Source of the DNA: Candidatus Aenigmatarchaeota archaeon
GTDB lineage: Archaea; Aenigmatarchaeota; Aenigmatarchaeia; CG10238-14; SCSR01
Length of the DNA stretch: 53,817 bases
Assembly: GCA_030017875.1 (NCBI GenBank)
Contig: JASEGQ010000001.1
Span: forward strand, 1-53,817
Direction of reading: 5' to 3'
The number at the start of each line of letters is the position of its first letter. Position 1 is the stretch's first letter. The position numbers and the translations under genes were made by a program. The notes under the pieces were generated by a model. It was not told where the DNA came from. It made no database searches and was given only the letters and a program-made list of their open reading frames with translations. Below, in pieces: positions 44,412 through 51,599 of the stretch.

Positions 44412-45446
44412 ATGGGTGTTCAACTAGCAGGAATTATACCCACTAAAGAAATAGAACTCCAAAACCTCTCTGGCAAAAAGGTAGGAATGGATGCGCTAAA
44501 TTGGAGTTACCAGTTCCTTAGCATAATTCGTGATAGAATGACTGGTGAACCTCTTAAGGACTCAAAAGGCAGAATTACATCAGTAGATTCTGGTGTTTTT
44601 TATCGCACTACTAATCTCATTGAAGCAGGTATTAAGCCTGTTTATGTTTTCGATGGACCAGAAATACCAGAATTTAAGAAAAAAACTATAGAAGAACGAA
44701 AAGAGCAACGAGAGGAAGCAAGAAAGAAATGGGAGGAAGCATTAAAAAGAGGGGAGGAAGCAAAAGTATATGCACAGGCAGCAGGGCAACTAACAGACGA
44801 AATGATTGAAGATGTGAAAAAACTTCTAGACTATATGGGTGTTCCATGGGTACAAGGAAAAAGCGAGGGTGAAGCACAACTGGCAGCAATGGCAATTAAA
44901 GGAGATATATGGTGTAGTGCCTCGCAAGACTGGGATAGCCTTTTGTTTGGCTCCCCTCGTTTGGTTAGAAATCTGTCAATAACAGGGAAAAGGAAGTTAC
45001 CTAGAAAAGAGGCTTACATAGAAATTAAGCCTGAGATAATTGAACTAGATCGAGCACTTTCCACTTTAGGGGTAACTCAAAAGCAATTGATAATCATTGG
45101 CATTCTCGTGGGCACTGACTATGCTCCAGGAGTTAAGGGCGTTGGACCAAAAACTGCTTTAAAGCTTGTAAAAGAGCACAAGACTCTAGAAAGAGTTTTA
45201 GAGAACGTGAAATGGGAGGCTGATGTAGAAGCCGAAGAAATATACAACTTCTTTTTAAAACCTCCTGTCACAGATAAGTACAAAATCGAGTGGAAGGAGC
45301 CAAACAGAGAAAAGCTTATAGAGTTTATGGTTGAAGAGCACGACTTTTCTAGGGAGAGAGTTGAAAAAGCTATAGATAAACTGCAACAAAGTTTTACTGC
45401 TGGGAGACAAGTTAGTTTGAAGGGATGGTTTAAAAATAAGCCTTGA
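44412..45446 (+). CDS. fen: Flap endonuclease 1
   Basis: MGVQLAGIIP N-terminus, XPG-N/XPG-I acidic motifs (VYVFDG, SEGEAQLA, SQDWDSLLFG) and an H3TH (GTDYAPGVKGVGPKTALKL). Confidence 0.92.
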   Translation: MGVQLAGIIPTKEIELQNLSGKKVGMDALNWSYQFLSIIRDRMTGEPLKDSKGRITSVDSGVFYRTTNLIEAGIKPVYVFDGPEIPEFKKKTIEERKEQREEARKKWEEALKRGEEAKVYAQAAGQLTDEMIEDVKKLLDYMGVPWVQGKSEGEAQLAAMAIKGDIWCSASQDWDSLLFGSPRLVRNLSITGKRKLPRKEAYIEIKPEIIELDRALSTLGVTQKQLIIIGILVGTDYAPGVKGVGPKTALKLVKEHKTLERVLENVKWEADVEAEEIYNFFLKPPVTDKYKIEWKEPNREKLIEFMVEEHDFSRERVEKAIDKLQQSFTAGRQVSLKGWFKNKP

Positions 45447-45676
45447 CCTCAAGCGCCAACCCCCTCTTTTATTTCCTCTGCGATTTTTCCGATTTTTCTT
45501 CTATTTTACCAAACCGCCAGAGTCAAAATATAACTTATCAATCAAAATACAGAAAACCTTCTCTGCAGGAAAATAAACGCAACTGGTTTCAAATAAAAAA
45601 TAAACAAGAAAAGGTTTAAGGTTGTTGTAAAAAGCATTTGAATAAAGATAAATTACAGAAATTTCAATTGATTTTT

Positions 45677-47161
45677 ATGAACATAGGAAAAATTATCACG
45701 GTAGCGAAGAGAAGAGGTTTTATCTTTCCTTCTTCTGAAATCTATGGCGGTCTTGCCGGGATGTACGACTTTGGTCCTTTAGGTTGTTTGATGAAGAAAA
45801 AGATAGAAAATTTTTGGCGTGAGTTTTTTGTTAAAACTGATAATATCTATGAGGTTGAGACTTGCACGATAATGTCAAAGCCTGTTTTTGTTGCTTCAGG
45901 TCATCTAAAAGATTTTATCGATCCTTTAGCTCAGTGCAAAAAATGCAAGTCAACTTTTAGAGCAGACGATCTTATAAAAGAAAAAACAGGAAAATTTGTT
46001 GAAGGTCTGAATCCTGAAGAGCTGACAGAAGAAATTCGAAAAAATGATATAAAATGCCCTAAATGTAAAGGCGAACTTAGCGAAGTTAGAATTTTTAACT
46101 TGATGCTGGGAACAAATGTAGGACCAGTAGAAGGCAATCTCGCATACCTAAGGCCAGAAACTGCTGCCGGAATTTTTGTCAATTTTAAAAACATTTTGAA
46201 TGCTACTCGAGCCAAATTGCCTTTTGGGGTTGCTCAGGTTGGTATTTCTTACAGGAATGAGATTTCACCAAGACACTTCCTTATAAGGCTAAGGGAGTTC
46301 AGACAAATGGAGATAGAATTTTTTGTTCATCCAGAAAAGCTAAATGAGTGCCCAAACTTTGATAGATTTGCAGATATAAAAATAAAAATTTTTACAAGAG
46401 AGGAGCAAGAGAGAAAAGGCAAACCAATAGAAATAACAGCTGAGCAAGCTGTAAAGCAGAAGATTTTGCCAAACCAATTCATGGCATATTTTTTGGCAAA
46501 AGAGTTTTTATGGTATCAGAAATTGGGAATCCCTGCTAAAGCCTTGAGGTTTAGGCAGATGACTGAAGCTGAAACGCCCCACTACAGTGCTGGGAATTTT
46601 GATATGGAGATCGAGTTTGATTTTGGCTGGAAGGAAGTTGTAGGAAATGCTTACAGAACTGATTTTGACTTAAAATCTCACATGAAGCATTCAAGAGAAG
46701 ATCTCTCTATAACTGAAAATGGGAAGAAAGTTATTCCTCACGTAGTAGAGCCTTCTTTCGGTATAGACAGAACAATCTATGCGATATTGCTTTATTCTTT
46801 TTTCGAAGATAAGAAAAGAGGTTGGGACTGGTTTAGATTTCCACCAAGAATTGCCCCTATAACAGTAGCAGTCTATCCTTTAGTATCAAAAGACAGGCTT
46901 CCTGAAAAAGCATGGGAGATTTATGAAATGCTCAAAAAAGATTTTGATGCAATTTATGATGAAACCGGCTCAATAGGAAAGAGGTATGCTAGAAGCGATG
47001 AAGCTGGAATTCCTTTTGCAATAACAGCAGATTATCAAACTTTAAAGGATAGCACAGTCACAATCAGAGATCGCGATAGTACTGAGCAAAAAAGAATAAA
47101 AATAGATGATTTAACAAGGATTTTAACTCAACTTGTTAATGAGGAAATAAAATTGTTTTAA
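45677..47161 (+). CDS. glyS: Glycyl-tRNA synthetase (archaeal/eukaryotic alpha2 type)
   Basis: AKRRGFIFPSSEIYGGLAGMYDFGPLG, YLRPETAAGIF, FRNEISPR and GIDR motifs. ATG 45677 is preferred to the TTG at 45638. Confidence 0.9.
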   Translation: MNIGKIITVAKRRGFIFPSSEIYGGLAGMYDFGPLGCLMKKKIENFWREFFVKTDNIYEVETCTIMSKPVFVASGHLKDFIDPLAQCKKCKSTFRADDLIKEKTGKFVEGLNPEELTEEIRKNDIKCPKCKGELSEVRIFNLMLGTNVGPVEGNLAYLRPETAAGIFVNFKNILNATRAKLPFGVAQVGISYRNEISPRHFLIRLREFRQMEIEFFVHPEKLNECPNFDRFADIKIKIFTREEQERKGKPIEITAEQAVKQKILPNQFMAYFLAKEFLWYQKLGIPAKALRFRQMTEAETPHYSAGNFDMEIEFDFGWKEVVGNAYRTDFDLKSHMKHSREDLSITENGKKVIPHVVEPSFGIDRTIYAILLYSFFEDKKRGWDWFRFPPRIAPITVAVYPLVSKDRLPEKAWEIYEMLKKDFDAIYDETGSIGKRYARSDEAGIPFAITADYQTLKDSTVTIRDRDSTEQKRIKIDDLTRILTQLVNEEIKLF

Positions 47162-47514
47162 GCAGCTTTTCCTCTGAAAACTCTAGCAAAGTCAGGAGTT
47201 ATTATCAAGAAGTCTTCATCTACTCCTACTATATCTCCGTTCATCGCCAAACAAGTTTTTCTAAGCCTGTCAACACATCTTTTCAATTCGTTTATATCTT
47301 TATCCCTCAGCTCTCTTATCTTCAGAAAGACAACATTTCCCTCTCTTACAAGCTGCTGAACTTTTTCTGTGTCTGCAAATCCCTTTAGATGCTCAATTCT
47401 TACGCTAACTTTTCCCTGCTCTCCCAAGAGAGAGCTGTCGACCTCAAGAAATTCTTCTTCAGTCTTCCCCTCTGTTCTTGTTGACTTAAACTTTCCAAGA
47501 AGTTCTTTGAGCAT
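47158..47514 (-). CDS. sepF: SepF-like cell division protein (DUF552)
   Basis: VRIEHLKGFADTEKVQQLVREGNVVFLKIRELRDKDINELKRCVDRLRKTCLAMNGDIVGVDEDFLIITP follows the archaeal SepF pattern. Confidence 0.7.
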   Translation of the reverse strand: MLKELLGKFKSTRTEGKTEEEFLEVDSSLLGEQGKVSVRIEHLKGFADTEKVQQLVREGNVVFLKIRELRDKDINELKRCVDRLRKTCLAMNGDIVGVDEDFLIITPDFARVFRGKAA

Positions 47515-47556
47515 TTTATCTCCTTATATTAAAAACTGATTTTTAAACTTAAATAT

Positions 47557-47817
47557 TTAGTTCAACTCTCTCCTTCTTTCCTCGAGCATGCTAACGATGT
47601 TCCATATCTGCGTGCGAGTGTACATTGGCATGTTAGGGTCGTTGATTATCTCGTCCAGAATATGAATCGCTGTGCTTATTCTGACTTCTGGAGTATCATT
47701 GCTGTTCAAGACAGCCTTCGAATCTTCCACAGCCTTTCTTATGTTTTTTGGAACAGTTCTGTCATTAATTATTTTGTCCAAAAGTTCAAAGACATGCTTA
47801 AGCTCCATAATAATCAC
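47557..47817 (-). CDS. UPF0147-family protein
   Basis: VPKNIRKAVEDSKAVL...ISTAIHILDEIINDPNMPMYTRTQIWNIVSMLE has the characteristic UPF0147 repeats. Confidence 0.65.
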   Translation of the reverse strand: MIIMELKHVFELLDKIINDRTVPKNIRKAVEDSKAVLNSNDTPEVRISTAIHILDEIINDPNMPMYTRTQIWNIVSMLEERRRELN

Positions 47818-48149
47818 TTTATCACTTCTTTTAATTTCGCTTGTAATTCTTTCAGTTTGTTGCCTACTTTTTCTTCTGTCTTTTCCAAACTCTTTATTCT
47901 TATGTCAATATTTTCTTTTGTCTCGTTCAACTCTTTTTTCAATTCTTCCACAGGCTTCAGAACCATTATCTGCCCTGTAATTTTGTATGCACTTGCTTGT
48001 TTAGTTTCGTTGAGCTCTTCTAAAGCTCTCTCTATCTCTATCGCTTGCAGTTTCAGACTCTCTTTTTGTATAACTATAGTTTGCAATTGTTGTTGATAGC
48101 TCTGAAATTGTGCTATCAAATTTTTTGTTTCTTCAGATAGCTCTGTCAT
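47814..48149 (-). CDS. pfdB: Prefoldin beta subunit
   Basis: 111-aa coiled coil - beta hairpin - coiled coil (QFQSYQQQLQ...AYKITGQIMV...LKEL), next to rpoP and rpl37ae as in other archaea. Confidence 0.8.
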   Translation of the reverse strand: MTELSEETKNLIAQFQSYQQQLQTIVIQKESLKLQAIEIERALEELNETKQASAYKITGQIMVLKPVEELKKELNETKENIDIRIKSLEKTEEKVGNKLKELQAKLKEVIK

Positions 48150-48202
48150 AAAATCACTTAAGATTTAATTTATTTCGAAATTGTTATTCAAAGAACTTAA
48201 GT

Positions 48203-48331
48203 TTATCTTGCTTGTACTCTCTTGACTACTTCTGGCCTGAGCTTTACAAAAATGCGATATCCGCAATAAGGACATCTTATCTTTTCTTCCAGCTTTGGTA
48301 CAATTTTTTTACATTTTACACACTTGTACAT
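48203..48331 (-). CDS. rpoP: DNA-directed RNA polymerase subunit P (Rpo12)
   Basis: Hand translation of a 42-aa ORF gives MYKCVKCKKIVPKLEEKIRCPYCGYRIFVKLRPEVVKRVQAR, a zinc ribbon CxxC...CxxC. Conserved position after rpl37ae. Confidence 0.8.
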   Translation of the reverse strand: MYKCVKCKKIVPKLEEKIRCPYCGYRIFVKLRPEVVKRVQAR

Positions 48332-48332
48332 G

Positions 48333-48572
48333 TCACCCCTCTTTTTTGATTATCTCTGCTCTTGGATAATAAGCTGATCCAGCAAACTTTGTCCCACACT
48401 TCTCGCACTGCCAAATTCCAGAAGAAACTCTTTTGACATAAGGCAAGTTGCAGCTAGGGCAGACGTGTCTCTGCTTCTGGATCCTTTCTATTTCGCTAAC
48501 CGCTAGCCTGATCCTCTTCCCGTATCTTGCTCCAAACCTCCCCGTAGTTCCAACTCTTTTCTTCCTTCCCAC
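48333..48572 (-). CDS. rpl37ae: Ribosomal protein L37ae
   Basis: GTTGRFGARYGKRIR...CPSC...WQCEKCGTKFAG. Confidence 0.9.
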   Translation of the reverse strand: MGRKKRVGTTGRFGARYGKRIRLAVSEIERIQKQRHVCPSCNLPYVKRVSSGIWQCEKCGTKFAGSAYYPRAEIIKKEG

Positions 48573-48576
48573 AAAA

Positions 48577-48834
48577 TCACTTCACGAATCTGAATCCTTT
48601 CTTTGACGTCAGGCTTTCGAGTATAAGTTTTAGCTGCTCATCAGAAATCTCAGTTTTGAGTTTTCCGGCTTGATACAACTGAACTAAATAGAGTTCTAGC
48701 TGAGCAGCTAGTGCAGGCTTTACCAGTCTTATTCTTCCAAGTCTCTCAAAAGCGTGCCTAGACAATATCTTCTTTAAAATTATTTTTTTCAGTTCTTCGA
48801 TCCTTTTCATCTCTTCTAGAGTTCCTCCGTTCAT
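48577..48834 (-). CDS. PDCD5/TFAR19-like DNA-binding protein
   Basis: ILSRHAFERLGRIRLVKPALAAQLELYLVQLYQAGKL, a conserved neighbour of rps19e. Confidence 0.7.
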   Translation of the reverse strand: MNGGTLEEMKRIEELKKIILKKILSRHAFERLGRIRLVKPALAAQLELYLVQLYQAGKLKTEISDEQLKLILESLTSKKGFRFVK

Positions 48835-49244
48835 CTGCTCACCTCGAAGGCAATTCTGTCCAGAAGGCTCTGACCTTTTTTTGTTATCTTCCTTCCCCTT
48901 GCAACTTTTTCTATCAGACCAGCTTTTTCCAGTTGTTGCAAGAGCTTTCTTATAATATTTCCAGAGGCTTTTCTGAAGCGGGCAGGCTTGTAGCCCCTTC
49001 TCTTTCTCCCCCCATAGTAGGTCCTCAGCCTTTCTGTCCCTACAGGCCCGTTCAGATAAATTCTTCTCAGAATTGATGCAGCTCTTATATACCAGAAGTC
49101 TTCTTGCTCAGGAGGCCTCTCCCTGTGCGCTCCAGACTTAACGAACTTGGTCCAGGGCAGAGGCTGAATCTCTCTGAATTTTTTCAACTCCTCCTTTGTT
49201 TTTTCTATTAGTTTTTCTGCTGGCACTTCCCTTACTGTTACCAT
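48831..49244 (-). CDS. rps19e: Ribosomal protein S19e
   Basis: VREVPAEKLIEK...VKSGAHRERPPEQEDFWYIRAASILRRIYLNGPVG...GRKIT. Confidence 0.9.
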   Translation of the reverse strand: MVTVREVPAEKLIEKTKEELKKFREIQPLPWTKFVKSGAHRERPPEQEDFWYIRAASILRRIYLNGPVGTERLRTYYGGRKRRGYKPARFRKASGNIIRKLLQQLEKAGLIEKVARGRKITKKGQSLLDRIAFEVSR

Positions 49245-49245
49245 A

Positions 49246-49467
49246 CTAAGCCTTTGGAAATAATAATATATAAGCTGTTACACAGATGATGACTATAAGT
49301 CCTGCAACTATTAATAGGACTGCTAGCATAGAAAGTGTGAATGGGCTTAATCTTTCGCATACAGGCAGATTCTCTGCTCTGCATCTTTCGGAGATTTTTT
49401 CAATGTTGTAGAAGACGTAGAAAAGCATAAATGTAGCTATGAACACTGTTGCCAGGCCTATCGCCAA
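49246..49467 (-). CDS. Hypothetical small membrane protein
   Basis: 73 aa with two hydrophobic helices flanking a CRAENLPVCERL loop. No family recognised. Confidence 0.4.
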   Translation of the reverse strand: MAIGLATVFIATFMLFYVFYNIEKISERCRAENLPVCERLSPFTLSMLAVLLIVAGLIVIICVTAYILLFPKA

Positions 49468-49489
49468 AGGTATTCTTGCTCCCGTCTTC

Positions 49490-49801
49490 TCATCCTCGAA
49501 AAGGATACCTATAAATTCTATTGCAACTTAGACATTTTATACTAATCGTTTTTTTGCTCTTTACTCTGACTTGGGAGCTCAGCCCTGGGATTAGTAAGCT
49601 GTTGCAGTTTTTGCAGAATTTCTTTTTCTGCTCTTTTGTTAGTCTTATGTTATACCTCAGCCCAATCTTTCTTGCCAGCTCTACGTAGCGCTTAGACCTC
49701 TCCGGATGTTTTCTAAATTCTTTTTCTGCTAGGTCAAACAAAATCTGAATTCTCTCTTTCGCAATTTTTAGGTATCTGAAAGGCTTTGTTCTTATCATCA
49801 A
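49490..49801 (-). CDS. rnp4: RNase P protein component 4 (Rpp21/Rpr2)
   Basis: A helical N-half (AKERIQILFDLAEKEF...RYVELARKI) plus the zinc ribbon FCKNCNSLLIPG...CLSCN. Confidence 0.8.
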   Translation of the reverse strand: MMIRTKPFRYLKIAKERIQILFDLAEKEFRKHPERSKRYVELARKIGLRYNIRLTKEQKKKFCKNCNSLLIPGLSSQVRVKSKKTISIKCLSCNRIYRYPFRG

Positions 49802-49831
49802 ATAATAATTTTGATTTTAAAGAAAAAGAAA

Positions 49832-49940
49832 TGGGGTTGCTGGGATTTGAACCCAGATTATCAGCGCCCAAGGCTGAAGTCCTAGCCAAGTTAGACTACA
49901 ACTTCATGCCTATTGTCCCATGTTATTTTATTTCAACCCC
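49832..49940 (-). tRNA. tRNA-Pro (anticodon UGG) with an intervening sequence in the acceptor stem; no encoded CCA
   Basis: Minus strand: GGG[35 nt]GTTG TA GTCT AACTTGGCTA GGAC T TCAGC CTTGGGC GCTGA TAAT CTGGG TTCAAAT CCCAG CAACCCC A. All arms pair, and G37 follows the anticodon. Confidence 0.8.
49903..49937 (-). other. 35-nt intervening sequence between acceptor-stem positions 3 and 4 (boundary ambiguous within the duplicated GTTG)
   Basis: GGGGTTG at 49940-49934 is the exact complement of the 3' acceptor strand. The 7 nt adjacent to position 8 (GAAGTTG) pair only through GTTG. Confidence 0.5.
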
Positions 49941-49972
49941 ACAAATTCTGTTAATTCAGATAGATCTCCACT

Positions 49973-49980
49973 TATTTAAA
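49973..49980 (-). promoter_or_regulatory. TATA-box candidate (TTTAAATA on minus strand) for tRNA-Pro(UGG)
   Basis: 32 nt separate the box from G1 at 49940, which fits transcription starting just upstream of the proposed exon 1. Confidence 0.45.
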
Positions 49981-50046
49981 GCTACCCCAACTAGATGTTT
50001 TTGATTCTAATGGGGTTGCTGGGATTTGAACCCAGGATTACTAGCA

Positions 50047-50058
50047 ATTTGGTCTAAT
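50047..50058 (-). other. 12-nt canonical BHB intron at tRNA position 37/38
   Basis: CTAGC-TTGG-GG|A-TTAGA-CCAA-AT|T-GCTAG: the anticodon stem is the outer helix, TTGG/CCAA is the 4-bp central helix, and the two 3-nt bulges are GGA and ATT. Confidence 0.75.
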
Positions 50059-50095
50059 CCCCAAGCTAGTGTCTTAGACCAAGCTAGACCACAAC

Positions 50096-50124
50096 TTAGC
50101 GTTAATATCCCGCCTTTATACAAC
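50096..50124 (-). other. 29-nt intervening sequence between acceptor-stem positions 3 and 4 (boundary ambiguous within the duplicated GTTG)
   Basis: GGGGTTG at 50127-50121 complements the 3' strand CAACCCC. The adjacent TAAGTTG pairs only through GTTG. Confidence 0.5.
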
Positions 50125-50160
50125 CCCAGCCATATTATATTTGATTAGAGGTCACAAAAT

Positions 50161-50168
50161 TTTAAATA
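50161..50168 (-). promoter_or_regulatory. TATA-box candidate (TATTTAAA on minus strand) for tRNA-Pro(GGG)
   Basis: 33 nt separate the box from G1 at 50127, the same spacing as the other tRNA-Pro. It lies in the divergent intergenic region and touches the HerA-like start codon. Confidence 0.4.
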
Positions 50169-51436
50169 TGTACGAAACAATTGTCGGCAGAACAAAAGAA
50201 GATTTGGAGAAGTTTGGTTCTAAGGCCACGGGCTATATAGGAAAGCACATCGTCGGCATGGGAGAAGACGCCCACCTAACAACAAAGGTTTTTCTTGATT
50301 TATTAAGGCCACATGTAATACTAATTTGTGGAAAAAGAGGTTCTGGAAAGTCGTACGATGCTGGAGTTATAGCAGAAGAAATTGCCTCGCTTCCAGAAGA
50401 ATTTAGGCAAAATCTGGCAGTTGTGATGATCGACACGATGGGAATTTTCTGGAGTTTGAAGAGAAAAAATGAACAACAAATTAATTTATTAAGGGAATGG
50501 GAATTAGAGCCAAAAGGTTTTGGTAACGTAAAGGTTTTTGTTCCTTTCTTGCAAATAGAAGAATTTCAGAGAGCTGGAATTCCCGTTGATGCTGGAATTT
50601 CTATTTTGCCTTATGAATTCTCAGGAGAAGAGTGGTGCTTGGCATTTAATCTAAAAAGAACGGATGCGGTAGCAATCTCTCTAGAAAAGAATGTCAACGA
50701 GCTTCTGGAAACAAGAGAAAAATTTACGATCGAGGATTTGATAACAAAAATAAGGGGCGATAAGGAAACTTCTCAAGATACGAAGAATGCTTTAGAGAAC
50801 ATGCTCAGAGTGGCAAATCGATGGGGAGTTTTTGGAGTGCAGGGAATTAACATCGACGAAATTGTTCAGCCTGGGCAAATCTCCGTAGTTGATGTTTCTC
50901 ATCTAAGAGCAACTGAGGCGTGGAGCGTAAGAAATTTTATCGTTGCAATCCTAGCAAGAAAGATCTATCAGGAGAGGGTGATAGCAAGAAAGGAGGAGGA
51001 GATAGCAAAAATGGAAGGAGCAGAAATAAAGAAAAAGTTTCCTATGGTTTGGTTGATTATCGACGAAGCGCATGTATTCTGTCCAGCAGAGTTTGAGACA
51101 GTTTCTTCCCAGCCTTTACTGACAATAGCAAAGCAAGGAAGAGAACCTGGTATAAGTTTAGTTGTTATAACACAAATGCCTTCAAAAGTACATCAAGATA
51201 TTTTAAGCCAGTGTGATTTAGTTATTTCGCATAGACTTACTTCAAAAAACGATTTACAAGCTTTACACACTGTTTATCAGGTTTACATGGCTGAAGAGAT
51301 AGAAAAATTTATTAATAGACTCCCACGTTGGCCAGGAAGTGCAATTATTTTGGACGATAATCTAGAAAAAGTTTTTACAGTTCAAATTCGTTCTAGACTT
51401 AGTCATCATGCGGGTGGGACAGCAGCTCTTTTGTAG
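50168..51436 (+). CDS. HerA/FtsK-like P-loop ATPase (DUF87-type)
   Basis: Walker A in LICGKRGSGKSY and Walker B in VWLIIDEAHVF, with a TQMPSKV...ISHRL sensor region. ATG 50168 is preferred to TTG 50141. Confidence 0.65.
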   Translation: MYETIVGRTKEDLEKFGSKATGYIGKHIVGMGEDAHLTTKVFLDLLRPHVILICGKRGSGKSYDAGVIAEEIASLPEEFRQNLAVVMIDTMGIFWSLKRKNEQQINLLREWELEPKGFGNVKVFVPFLQIEEFQRAGIPVDAGISILPYEFSGEEWCLAFNLKRTDAVAISLEKNVNELLETREKFTIEDLITKIRGDKETSQDTKNALENMLRVANRWGVFGVQGINIDEIVQPGQISVVDVSHLRATEAWSVRNFIVAILARKIYQERVIARKEEEIAKMEGAEIKKKFPMVWLIIDEAHVFCPAEFETVSSQPLLTIAKQGREPGISLVVITQMPSKVHQDILSQCDLVISHRLTSKNDLQALHTVYQVYMAEEIEKFINRLPRWPGSAIILDDNLEKVFTVQIRSRLSHHAGGTAALL

Positions 51437-51599
51437 TCTTACATTTTGTTCGTCTATACTCCTCTTTAGCTTAAGGAATTCTTTATTCCAGTCTTGTTTA
51501 ATTGCTATAATGAATTTCATTTTCTGAATTTTTTCTTAATTAAAAAATCTCAGTTTACTTACCACTTTCGAGGGCAAACTTCCAACCAAAAAGAGTTAT

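Larger units (their letters stand above)
50011..50127 (-). tRNA. tRNA-Pro (anticodon GGG) with an acceptor-stem intervening sequence plus a canonical 37/38 intron; no encoded CCA
   Basis: Minus strand: GGG[29 nt]GTTG TG GTCT AGCTTGGTCTA AGAC A CTAGC TTGGGG[12 nt]T GCTAG TAATC CTGGG TTCAAAT CCCAG CAACCCC A. The 3' 25 nt are identical to the neighbouring tRNA-Pro. Confidence 0.8.

Noticed and set aside
49786-50004. 72-aa plus-strand ORF MFLSSNNNFDFKEKEMGLLGFEPRLSAPKAEVLAKLDY...
   Set aside because: It is the antisense translation of tRNA-Pro(UGG) and its flanks, not a gene.
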